Assembly: GCA_040289575.1 (NCBI GenBank)
Contig: PSLL01000005.1
Coordinates: 86,309-111,476 of the forward strand
Length of the DNA stretch: 25,168 nt
Origin: Candidatus Dadabacteria bacterium
GTDB lineage: Bacteria > Desulfobacterota_D > UBA1144 > Nemesobacterales > CSP1-2
Direction of reading: 5' to 3'
Part shown: positions 7,659 through 17,360 of the stretch, in pieces
Layout of the letters: every line of letters begins with the position of its first letter
Numbering within the stretch: the first letter of the stretch is position 1
Translations under genes and position numbers: made by a program
Notes under the pieces: model-generated
The model's input: the letters and a program-made list of their open reading frames with translations, nothing else
Told to the model about the DNA's origin: nothing
Database searches by the model: none

Positions 7659-10084
7659 ATGGCGACTGCTTCGCAGATAGTGCCCGTAAACATTGAGGAT
7701 GAGATGAAAGAGTCCTATCTTAGCTACTCAATGAGCGTCATAATTGGGCGCGCACTTCCCGATGTAAGGGACGGATTAAAACCCGTCCACAGGCGCATTC
7801 TCTACGGTATGTATGAGTTGGGTAATGAGTGGAATAAGCCGTATAAAAAGTCGGCGAGGATTGTCGGGGATGTTATGGGTAAATATCATCCGCATGGGGA
7901 TGCGGCGATATACGATACACTCGTGAGAATGGCTCAGGATTTTTCAATGCGGTACCCGCTTGTAGACGGTCAGGGCAACTTCGGCTCTATTGACGGAGAC
8001 CCGCCGCTATGCGATACACTGAGGTAAGGCTTGCAAGAATCGCAAGCGAGATGCTGGATGATATAGACAAAGAAACCGTGGATTTCCTTCCCAACTACGA
8101 TGGAAGTGCTGTTGAACCCGTAGTTCTTCCGGCAAAGATCCCCAATCTCCTCTTAAACGGCGCCTCCGGAATCGCAGTCGGCATGTCAACGAATATTCCC
8201 CCCCACAATTTAGGAGAGCTTGTAGATGCCGTAATTGCTCAGATTAAAAAGCCCGATATCTCACTGAGTCAGCTTATGAAATATATCCCCGGGCCTGATT
8301 TTCCAACAGGCGGATTTATTTGTGGAAGGGAGGCAATAAAAGAGGCCTATGCTACGGGTCGTGGGATTATTAAGGTCCGGGCTAAGGCAAAGATTGAGAG
8401 ACAAAAGAAGAATGATAGGGAAAGCATTACAATTACGGAGATTCCTTACCAGATCAATAAATCAAAGTTGATTGAGCGAATTGCAGACCTTGTAAAAGAA
8501 GAAAAGATTGAGGGTATTTCAGATATACGCGATGAGTCTGATAGAGAGGGGATAAGAATCGTCATAGAACTAAAACGGGGTGAGAATCCGGAGGTCATAT
8601 TGAATCAGCTCTATAAACATACCCCCATGGATACGTCTTTTGGAATCATAATGCTTGGACTTGTGAGGAATCAGCCGAGGATTCTCTCTCTTAAAGAACT
8701 GATAGCTCAGTTTATAGAACACAGAAAGGAGATTGTAACTAAAAGAACTGAGTTTGAGCTTCGCAAAGCCGAAGAGAGGCTTCATATATTGGAGGGCCTA
8801 AAGATTGCACTTGATAACCTCGATCGGGTGATTTCATTGATTCGAAACTCTGCAAGCCCCAATGAGGCAAAAGAGGGACTGATTTCTAAATTCTCTCTCT
8901 CAGATATACAGGCTCAGGCGATTTTAGATATGCGTCTTCAGAGGCTCACTGCACTTGAGAGGGAGAAAATTATTGAGGAGAGGGATGGATTAATTAAAAC
9001 AATTAAGCACCTACGAGAAGTTCTCGAAAAGGAGGAGCTTCTTTTCGATATTATTGTCAACGAACTTGAGGATATTAAAAACCGATACGGCGATGAGAGA
9101 AGAACTGAGATTATTGATAACATTGAGGAGATTTCATTAGAAGACCTAATTGCCGATGAAGACATGGTTGTGACGGTTACACATGAGGGTTATATAAAAA
9201 ATACCCCTCTTAGTGTTTACAGGAGCCAGAGAAGAGGCGGGAAGGGCAAAACGGGGATGAGCACAAAGGATACGGATTTTGTAGAGACTATATTTGTTGC
9301 TTCTACGCACAGCTATGTCCTGTTTTTTACAAATCTGGGACGGTGCTACTGGTTAAAGGTCCATGAGATTCCCGAAGCCGGTCCTACGGGAAAGGGGAAG
9401 GCCGTAGTAAACCTCCTCAATCTCTCGTCTGATGAGAAGATAGCCGCAGTCCTTCCGGTGCGTGAGTTTAAAGAAGATAAGTTTGTTATTATGGCTACAA
9501 AAAATGGAATGGTAAAAAAGACAGAGCTTATGGCATATTCAAACCCGCGTGCAGGAGGCATAATAGCCGTAAATGTACGCGACGGCGATGAGCTTATTGG
9601 CGCTGAAATTACGGGCGGAAACAATGAAATCCTTCTTACAACCCGATTCGGTCAGGCCATTAGGTTCAGTGAAGAGGAAGTGAGAGAAACCGGAAGAGGA
9701 GCAACGGGCGTTATAGGAATTAGGCTTGAGGATAATGATGAGGTTGTCAGCCTTGAGGTAATTGAGAACCAAAATGCTCAGATCCTCACCGTTACCGAGA
9801 TGGGATATGGGAAGAGAACCCCCGTTTCTGAGTATAGACTTACGGCGCGAGGGGGGAAAGGGGTCATTACAATTAAAACCACAGGGAAAAATGGTCGCGT
9901 GGTAGGTGCCTTCCAAGCGACAGATGATATGCAGGTAATACTGATTACGACTCATGGAAAAATAATTCGAATGGAGGCTTCGGAGATTAACGTTTACGGA
10001 AGAGGCACGCAGGGTCTTAGACTTATTGATCTTGAACCGGAGGAAAGGGTTGCTGCTGTGGCAAAGGTTATTGATAGGGATTAG
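7659..10084 (+). CDS. gyrA: DNA gyrase subunit A (apparent frameshift at ~8001-8008, probably an assembly error)
   Basis: [40 protein letters not shown] (catalytic Tyr), GyrA-box QRRGGKG and beta-pinwheel repeats. The two ORFs (7659-8027 and 8009-10084) join at GDPP[AA]MRY. Confidence 0.97.
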
Positions 10085-10847
10085 ATTTGTAATCCCTATA
10101 ATTGTCATACTTGCATGCTCCTCTCAAGATTCCGGTTCGCTTTTTAATGACGGACAGAGGCTCTGGCAAATGGGCGAGTATGAAAAGGCGGTTCATAAGT
10201 TTGAAAAATCCGTTGAGGCGGACTCTTCGGGGCCGCTTGTGCCGGAAGCGCTCTTCATGGTAGGTACGATTTATTACAATCTGGATAAATATAACAAGGC
10301 CATTAAGGCTTATGAGAGGCTAAGGACGGATTTCCCGGAGGATAGGAACATACCGCGTGTCAATGAAAACCTGGGGAAAATGTATATGGACCTTAAAAAT
10401 TATGAAAAGGCCATCCCGCTTTTTGAGGAACTTCTGTCCAGATTTCCGCTTTACGATAGGAGAAATCAGGTAAGACTCTTCCTTGCCGAGAGCTATCTCA
10501 AATCTGGAAGGGCACAGGAGGCAAAAAGCGCATATAGAGGGCTTTTAAATTCTGTCTTCCGTGCTCAGGCGCTCTTTGCACTTGCTACAATTTACCAATC
10601 CGAGGGGAATTGTGAGGAGGCAGTGGGCCTGTTTGAAGAGGTTTCAAAGGATAGCCCGTATTATTTGGATGCCAAACTCTCCGAAGCCGATTGCCTCGAA
10701 GAGGATAAAAAGGTGGATGATGCGATACGTGTTTTAACTGACCTCACCGCCGAGGCCCCACAGTATAAACCGCTTATAGAACTCCAAATTAGCCGTATAA
10801 AACAGAAGCATTCGGGAGTTCCTATAGATACCGAGGAAAAGAAATAG
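10050..10847 (+). CDS. TPR-repeat lipoprotein (BamD/CpoB-like)
   Basis: Likely TTG start at 10050 after GGAGG. Hydrophobic signal with lipobox ILAC, then multiple TPR units (EALFMVGTIYY, KAIKAYERL..DFP, LAESYLK.G...EA). Confidence 0.75.
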   Translation: MLLWQRLLIGIRFVIPIIVILACSSQDSGSLFNDGQRLWQMGEYEKAVHKFEKSVEADSSGPLVPEALFMVGTIYYNLDKYNKAIKAYERLRTDFPEDRNIPRVNENLGKMYMDLKNYEKAIPLFEELLSRFPLYDRRNQVRLFLAESYLKSGRAQEAKSAYRGLLNSVFRAQALFALATIYQSEGNCEEAVGLFEEVSKDSPYYLDAKLSEADCLEEDKKVDDAIRVLTDLTAEAPQYKPLIELQISRIKQKHSGVPIDTEEKK

Positions 10848-10940
10848 ATTCCGAGATATTAAGGCTGAGGTTTATAGATTGATTATTTAACTGCCTCTAT
10901 TTATTCATGCCCAAATTAATTTCAAACCTTTGGGAAAATC

Positions 10941-11435
10941 ATGATTCGAGAAATAGAAAACGTCTTTGCCAAATTGCAGGGATACAGATGCTTTGGCTGT
11001 GATCCGACAAATGATTTGGGGCTCAGAGTAAGGCTATTTGCCGATGATGAAAAGGGAGAGGTTTTTGCAACAATAAAGCCCGAGGAGCGTCTGTCCGGTT
11101 TCCCCGGTGTTCTTCACGGTGGGATTCAGTGTGTTTTAATTGATGAGGTGGCGTTCTGGGCAATGTTCGATAGAATAAAGAGAATAGGGGTTACAGTTAA
11201 AATTGAGATGGAGTTTTTAAATACCGTCAGAATCTCCTCTCATATAGAGGTCAGGGGCAAGATAGATAGGATTGAAGGAAGGGACGTTTTCATCACGGTA
11301 GAGATATTGAATAACAATAACGAAGTCTGCACCCGCGGCAGGGTTGTTTATCATATTGCTAAAAAGGAGACCGTATTTAAGGTATTGGGGAAAGAGAGAT
11401 TCATCCCAGAGTTTTTGAAATACTTAGAGGATTAG
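10941..11435 (+). CDS. PaaI-family hotdog-fold thioesterase
   Basis: CFGCDPTNDLGL and GFPGVLHGG...LIDE motifs. Confidence 0.88.
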   Translation: MIREIENVFAKLQGYRCFGCDPTNDLGLRVRLFADDEKGEVFATIKPEERLSGFPGVLHGGIQCVLIDEVAFWAMFDRIKRIGVTVKIEMEFLNTVRISSHIEVRGKIDRIEGRDVFITVEILNNNNEVCTRGRVVYHIAKKETVFKVLGKERFIPEFLKYLED

Positions 11436-11437
11436 AA

Positions 11438-12040
11438 ATGATTAAGCTCTACGACCATCCAATATCGGGGAATTGCTACAAGGTTAGACTTGCCCTCAGC
11501 CAGATTGGAATAAGATATGAAAAAGTAAATGTAGATATTTTTAAAGGGGAGCAGAGCAGACCTGAATTTGTAATGCTCAATCCAAACAAGAAGATACCTG
11601 TCCTTGTTGACGGAGATTTTATTCTATGGGAATCGAATGCAATACTTCTTTATATCGGAAGGAAATTTGCTCCAAACCCCCTTTATTCGGAAGAACCAAG
11701 GGTTTTTGGCCTAATCTCCCAGTGGTTATTCTTTGGAAAGACAACAATTGACCCCAGCCTTGCGAGGGCGCGTTTTATTACCAGGTTTATTCCAAAGGAG
11801 AGTCAGAACGAAAAGGAGCTTATAGGGCTTCGCGAAGCGGGTAGGGCAGCGCTTCAGATTTTAGATGACCATCTTAAGAAGAACGATTTCTTAGCCGGTT
11901 CTTATTCAATAGCCGACATAGGATGTTATGCCTATGTGCACATCGCCGAAGAAGGCGAGGTTAGTCTTGCTCCATTTTCTGCCGTCCGTGAATGGTGTAA
12001 CCGAATTCGCTCTCAGTCGGGATATGTGCCTATTTATTAG
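11438..12040 (+). CDS. Glutathione S-transferase family protein
   Basis: SGNCYKVRL, NPNKKIPVLVDG, LWESNAILLY, YSIADI. Confidence 0.93.
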   Translation: MIKLYDHPISGNCYKVRLALSQIGIRYEKVNVDIFKGEQSRPEFVMLNPNKKIPVLVDGDFILWESNAILLYIGRKFAPNPLYSEEPRVFGLISQWLFFGKTTIDPSLARARFITRFIPKESQNEKELIGLREAGRAALQILDDHLKKNDFLAGSYSIADIGCYAYVHIAEEGEVSLAPFSAVREWCNRIRSQSGYVPIY

Positions 12041-12088
12041 AAAAACGGTAGCCCTGAGAGGTACAGACTATTTTCTACGGAATTACAG

Positions 12089-12925
12089 TTAAGTTGGAGA
12101 TGGTATATCTCCTGGAAGTCCTGTATGCCTTATGTAGACACGAGTAAACTTTCCATGCGTTACATTAACCATAGCAGGAACATTAATAGGGTCTGCTATC
12201 TGGGCGTTTACTAGGTCAATGCCCATCACGGACCCGTGTGTGCCGTCCATAGTGAGCATAGGGTTTAATCCGCTTTCATAATAAGTCAAGCCGTTTATGA
12301 AAAGCGCCTCTTGAGCGTTCTGATTGACCTGAGCATATAACTTAATCCCCTTTGCCACTATTATAAATCATTCAGATAAGCTAATCCCGAATCAAGACCA
12401 ATACTTGTAGTCTTAGTAAAGAGGATTGTCGAATCTGCAGAGCCTTGTGTTGCAAACACGCAATATCTTATCCATATCCAGAAAAAGGCATCAAAGACTA
12501 TAGAAGGCTGAACAGAATCTGGTGAATTTAGGATTGCGACATTCTCAGGTGTAAGAAGTGCCCCATCTTTGGCGCGGAGGGAGTAATCATAGCTACGGCC
12601 TTCTTCTGGAACTGTAATGGTTAACCGCCGTCTAATCCTTCAATCGCCATATGGTTACCCAATTGGAAGGTTATTGTAAATCTCCATGAACTATTATTGT
12701 GTAAGAATAGGGAACTGAAGGTACTGTAATATTTTAATATTTCCGGAGACACATTGATCTTCAAGAAGAAAAGTACCTTCTTTATTACCGACAGAATTTA
12801 CGGCGTTTTGTATGGTGGATGTATCATCCCGCCACATTTAATAACAACAATATCGGCAAAAGCATATGAGCTAACTAAGGGGTTTTGAAACAGGTTCTAA
12901 CTAGAATTAGAATAAAGTTCTTCAT
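12089..12925 (-). pseudogene. Heavily degraded secreted protein gene with pectate-lyase-3/beta-helix-like N-terminal motif
   Basis: SD GGGGAAG plus ATG 12925 (MKNFILILV...). Fragments in shifting frames: VSSYAFADIVVIKCGG / DDTSTIQNAVNSVGNKEGTFLLEDQCVSGNI / ...ENVAILNSPDSVQPSIVFDAFFWIWIRYCVF... / AKGIKLYAQ...LFINGLTYYES. Multiple frameshifts and stops. Confidence 0.5.
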
Positions 12926-13147
12926 AGGTTACTTCCCCTAACTGGTTTGATATAATGGGCATAGGATATGAGAGTGATCAAGCTGTATTCTCATAAAAGA
13001 GGGTCGGCAGAGAAAAGGGCAATTGATAAATGAGTCGGCTTAATTTTGGAAGTTATGGACGCCTCATTGGACACCAACAAAAAACCACAATCCTCCACAG
13101 TTGCTGACTTATCAATCGTAAGTGTAGGAAAGTAGGTGATTATTCGC

Positions 13148-13224
13148 TGGAGCGGGAAACGGGACTCGAACCCGCGACCCTCTCCTTGGCAAGGAGATGC
13201 TCTAGCCAACTGAGCTATTCCCGC
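13148..13224 (-). tRNA. tRNA-Gly(GCC)
   Basis: GCGGGAATAGCTCAGTTGGCTAGAGCA-TCTCC TTGCCAA GGAGA-GGGTC-GCGGGTTCGAGTCCCGT-TTCCCGCTCCA. Anticodon GCC, CCA encoded. Confidence 0.98.
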
Positions 13225-13234
13225 TCTAATTCAT

Positions 13235-13263
13235 AAGATAGCAAGGTAAGGCGGTATTGTCAA
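13235..13263 (-). promoter_or_regulatory. sigma70 promoter of tRNA-Gly
   Basis: TTGACA-N17-TATCTT with a TGn extension, 10 nt upstream of the tRNA. Confidence 0.75.
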
Positions 13264-13425
13264 GAAACCACTAAACTACTCTGTGCTTTTTGTGTAGAAT
13301 TACTGATATATTATACAGTTCGTTTAATTGATGATGGGGAAGCGAATAAGTAATTGCAAAGGGGGTGTTTTCTAGTTTCTATCGGTTGCTTGTAAATAGA
13401 GTTTAATAGGTTGGTGTTGATTTTC

Positions 13426-14565
13426 ATGAGAAATAGGGATAGAAAGGCCCTGATTTCACAGGCAAAAAGGGTAGTAATCAAAATAGGAAGCAGCGTTCTC
13501 ACAAACGAGTACGGTGAGATTTCCGAAGGCGTGTTTGATGAGATTGCAAGAGAGATTTCTAATGTTAAATCGAGAGGGGTAGAGCTTGTTGTAGTCTCTT
13601 CCGGGGCTATTGCTGCGGGGATGAAAAAGCTCAGGCTTAGGGAAAAGCCCAGGGATGTTTTAATGAAACAGGCTGTTGCCGCATGCGGGCAGAGCACACT
13701 TATGTGGTACTATGAAAAAGCGTTTTCAGCCTTTGGTGAGAGGGTCGCTCAGATTCTTCTTACTCACGACGCGCTTTCAATAAGAAAGAGATTTCTAAAC
13801 GCACGCAAGACCCTTTTTACGCTCCTTGAAATCGGCGTAATTCCGATTGTAAATGAAAACGACACGATCGCCGTAGAGGAAATCGTCCTTGGCGATAATG
13901 ATAGGCTTGCCGCCCTTATTACTAACCTCGTAGAGTCGGACCTGCTTATTCTCCTCAGCGACATTGACGGTCTCTATAGTAAGGATCCGAGAAACCACAG
14001 AGACGCCGAACTGATATCGGTAATAGACGAAATAGACGAGAGGATTGAAGAAATCGCGGGGGAGACCCTTGGGAAAACCACAACCGGAGGAATGAAAACA
14101 AAGATCGAGGCATCAAAAACCGCTGCCGCGTTCGGAATCCCCACTATTATCGCGAATGGAAAAAGACCGAACACCCTCTCGGGGATTTTTTCTGGAAAAG
14201 AGATTGGGACGCTTCTTCTTCCGGCAAAAGAGAGCCTCAGTAGTAGAAAGCACTGGATAGCATTTACACTTAAACCATCGGGGGAGATCGTAATTGATGA
14301 TGGGGCAAAAAGGGCTATCGCTTCATTGGGGAAGAGTCTTCTTCCATCGGGAATAAAAGATATATTCGGGGATTTTGAGATAGGTGAGCTTGTAAGGTGC
14401 GTTGATGAAAGGGGAATTGAAGTAGCAAGAGGACTTACCTCTTACAGTTCTGATGAGATAAGAAAAATAGCGGGAGCTAAGACCTCTGATATAGAAAAGA
14501 TACTCGGATATAAATACAGCGACGAGGTAATCCATAGAAATGATTTGGTTGTTATGCCGACCTGA
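13426..14565 (+). CDS. proB: Glutamate 5-kinase with PUA domain
   Basis: VVIKIGSS, VSSGAIAAG, QAVAACGQ, PIVNENDT, GDNDRLAA, TGGMKTK, C-terminal PUA (DDGAKRA...SLLPSGI...VIHRNDLV). Confidence 0.97.
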   Translation: MRNRDRKALISQAKRVVIKIGSSVLTNEYGEISEGVFDEIAREISNVKSRGVELVVVSSGAIAAGMKKLRLREKPRDVLMKQAVAACGQSTLMWYYEKAFSAFGERVAQILLTHDALSIRKRFLNARKTLFTLLEIGVIPIVNENDTIAVEEIVLGDNDRLAALITNLVESDLLILLSDIDGLYSKDPRNHRDAELISVIDEIDERIEEIAGETLGKTTTGGMKTKIEASKTAAAFGIPTIIANGKRPNTLSGIFSGKEIGTLLLPAKESLSSRKHWIAFTLKPSGEIVIDDGAKRAIASLGKSLLPSGIKDIFGDFEIGELVRCVDERGIEVARGLTSYSSDEIRKIAGAKTSDIEKILGYKYSDEVIHRNDLVVMPT

Positions 14566-14678
14566 AATCCTCTTTAAAGTGTTGTTGACTCTAATACTCT
14601 GCTGAAAAGGATTCTATAAAAACAAATTATAACTTATGAACTTCTCAAATTGGCGGTGAAAATCAGGCGGGATTTTTG

Positions 14679-15938
14679 CTAGAATTTTTCTTCAGAATTT
14701 TTATAAGCCCAGTCGATTAATTCCACTATATGTAACACTTCCATTTTCAATTTGTGTTTTTTTATTCCACTTTTAATCTGAATCATGCATCCTGGATTTG
14801 GGGCTACGACGACATCTACTCCGGTTTTTTTAATTTTTTCTATCTTCTCATCCAAAATTACCTGAGACATCTCGGGATGTGTAATATTATAAATCCCCGC
14901 ACTTCCGCAGCACCTGTTTGACGATTCCATCTCTACAAGTTCAACCCCAGGGATTGATCGGATTAAATCTCTCGGTTGATTTATTATCCTCTGCCCATGT
15001 GCAAGGTGACAAGGGTCTTGATATGTAACTCTCAGGTTTAGTCTGATTGGGTCTCGGGCTAATGGAATCCCGCAGAGGAATTCGCTTATGTCCTTTATCT
15101 TACGGCTAAATATCTCTGCTTTTTCGGAATATCTCGGATCGTCTCGCAAGAACTCTCCATATTCCTTTAGCATTGCGCCGCATCCGGCCGAGTTGGCTAT
15201 TATTGCATCGAGATTCCTGCCCAAGAAGGCATCAATATTTCTCTTTGCCATCTCCTTTGCGACCCTTGTTTCTCCATTATGCACATTAAGCGCGCCGCAG
15301 CAGGTCTGGTTTTTAGGGATTACCACTTCGCATCCGTTTCTTCTCAAAACCCTGGCGGTTGCCTCATTTACGTTACCGAACAGAATACTCATCACGCATC
15401 CCGATATAAATCCCACGCGAAATCTTTTTTTGCCTAGGGGTAAGAGCGTTTCCTCCTCTGGGGAGAAGAATTTCTCCGGTATGTCGGGAAGAAGCGATTT
15501 GGCTTGAATGAGGCTATCCGGCAGAAGGTTGTGTAGGGGGGTTCTGAGAGGGCTTTTTTGGTAGAGTCTAAGAATACGGGCGAGTATCCTGAGCCTTGTG
15601 GGGGAAGGGAGGAGCCTTTTGAGGGCAGTGTTTGTAAGGAAACGGCCAAGCGGCGAGCCTGTGGGGCCGATTATTTCCCTTGCGGACTCGAGTATCTTTC
15701 CAAACCTCACCCCCGAAGGACAAACGCTCTCGCAGGCCCTGCATCCGAGGCAAAGATAAATGTGTTCCTCGAACCTATCATTCGGTTCGATTCTGCCCTC
15801 GGCAACGGCTCTTGAAAGGTGTATTCTCCCCCTTGGAGACTCGGTCTCAAGTTTGGTAACCCTATAAGTGGGACACTCGGGAAGGCATATTCCACAATGA
15901 ATGCACTTGTATATCTCATCAAGCCCTGCCTTTATCAT
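14679..15938 (-). CDS. glcF: Glycolate oxidase iron-sulfur subunit (GlcF-like; two 4Fe-4S motifs plus CCG domains)
   Basis: CIHCGICLPECPTY, ESPRGRI, CLGCRACESVCPSGV, GCVM, TCCGAL, NSAGCG, YQDPCHLAHGQ, CCGSAGIYN, NPGC. Confidence 0.88.
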   Translation of the reverse strand: MIKAGLDEIYKCIHCGICLPECPTYRVTKLETESPRGRIHLSRAVAEGRIEPNDRFEEHIYLCLGCRACESVCPSGVRFGKILESAREIIGPTGSPLGRFLTNTALKRLLPSPTRLRILARILRLYQKSPLRTPLHNLLPDSLIQAKSLLPDIPEKFFSPEEETLLPLGKKRFRVGFISGCVMSILFGNVNEATARVLRRNGCEVVIPKNQTCCGALNVHNGETRVAKEMAKRNIDAFLGRNLDAIIANSAGCGAMLKEYGEFLRDDPRYSEKAEIFSRKIKDISEFLCGIPLARDPIRLNLRVTYQDPCHLAHGQRIINQPRDLIRSIPGVELVEMESSNRCCGSAGIYNITHPEMSQVILDEKIEKIKKTGVDVVVAPNPGCMIQIKSGIKKHKLKMEVLHIVELIDWAYKNSEEKF

Positions 15939-15992
15939 ATAACAAATAGATTAACACAGGAGCGGTTATGCGCCTAATATTGAATTTGAGTT

Positions 15993-16618
15993 TTACTTAA
16001 TTTTTCCCCCTTGAATAAATATGCTTCTATCCTGTTGGGGACGCAGGCCCGGAATATTCAAACGCATCCGGTATAGACTGCTACGCCCGCAGAGATATAG
16101 CGTTTTGCCGTCTTCATCGCCCCATGCCATGTTGTGGACGTACTTGGAAGTAATAATTGTGCCGAGGGGTTTCCCTTCGGGTGAGATTATCCAAAGCCCG
16201 CCGGGACCTGAGACATAGAGATTGCCATTCTGATCTACTTTAATTCCATCAATTCCATCCTCTCCGGGTGCGCTCGTCATATCGAAAAAGACCTTGCCGT
16301 TCTTGAGTGTGCCGTCCGTCTGCACTTCGTAGCGCATAATGACCTTTCCATTTTCGCCCAACTTGCTAACGGGATCATCGTCCTTACGTGGGTACTGACC
16401 GACTAGAGAGCGGGGCCAGTTGCCTACATATAAATATTTCTCATCGGGTGAAAATGCAATGCCGTTCGGTCCGGAGAGGTCTTTGCTGACGGGCTTAATC
16501 TGACCGTTGATCAAAGCGAATACACCGCTGAATCGAATCTCCTTGCGGGGATCATCAAAGAACTTTGGAAGCCCAAAGGGTGGATCGGTAAAATAAAGCG
16601 TCCCGTCGGAGCGGTAAA
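15993..16618 (-). pseudogene. SMP-30/gluconolactonase family gene, 5' part deleted
   Basis: YRSDGTLYFTDPPFG, GPNGIAFSPDEKYLYV, DGIKVDQNGNLYVSGPGG, NMAWGDEDGKTLY. The N-terminal blades are absent and the upstream sequence is aquaporin coding. Confidence 0.85.
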
Positions 16619-17360
16619 ATAAATCCAAAGCGCCATCCAAACATTAGCTGGTAGGGCCGATCCGAATGAGCGTGCGGGATTCATGCTCATTCCGGAGAGG
16701 GGAGCCTCAAGCGTTATATATATATTGCCACCAGCGCTCCGGCAAATAGACCCGTAAACCGCGCAATGCTTAAGGTGTTAGATACCGTCAGTATAACGGA
16801 CATGAGGACAAAAGAGATAATCAATTCAGCCACGAATGCGACACTGGTGCCATCCATGCCTGGGATTGTGACGGCATAATTGACGGAAGGGTGTGCGATT
16901 GCATCTCTAATCACCGCCGCGGTAATCAAAACCCCGACCAGTCCGCCAATGAATTGCGCGATGACATAGAAGAATGCGTCCCAGGGCTTAACCTTGGATT
17001 TATATGTGCCCCCGATTGCTTTCCCCAAGGCGAGTAGATAATACCGATTGCTGTAAGACCCATTGCTATGCCTATCAGCATACGCCTCAAAAATGGATCA
17101 GCGATTGCGTGCCGGACGGGCGAATCCGGGTGTTCAAGGATTATGGTAAATAGACTTGCCGAAACCATGAATATACCAAGCCCTGCGGCCTCCATCATAT
17201 ATTCGGGCCAGTGGTGCCTTAGCCTATTGAGCATATCAGAGCTTGGGTGGGCACTTGATTTGGAAAACGGCTTCAAATCAAGCTTTTGCATGTCGGAGGA
17301 CTGCTGAAGGATTAAAGCCCCCTGTCCAGGCATTGGGTCGAGTCTTTTGTCTTCGTTCAT
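16608..17360 (-). pseudogene. Aquaporin/MIP family gene (disrupted, C-terminus lost)
   Basis: ATG 17360 overlaps the NDH-2 stop (ATGA); an alternative ATG is at 17234. HWPEYMMEAAGLGIFM...SGAHINP / deletion at 16995-16996 / KVKPWDAFFY...GALVAIYI / extra TA in (AT)n 16715-16725 / TLEAPLSGMSMNPARSFGSALPANVWMALWIYFTAP, which then fuses into the lactonase. Confidence 0.9.

Noticed and set aside
8570..10108. Several antisense ORFs within gyrA (also within dinG, proB, glcF, ndh, CLC)
   Set aside because: These are antisense shadows of well-supported genes with no recognisable motifs.
12608..12635. GGAACT...CGTCTAA ECF-like motif on the plus strand
   Set aside because: It is antisense within a pseudogene, has no downstream gene, and its -35 and spacing differ from the three island copies.
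13148..13175. att-site duplication of tRNA-Gly or tRNA-Ser 3' ends
   Set aside because: I found no convincing direct repeat of either 3' end and no integrase in the window.
12991..13209. 72-aa ORF (MARASPCQGEGRGFESRFPLQ...)
   Set aside because: It is a shadow ORF over tRNA-Gly.
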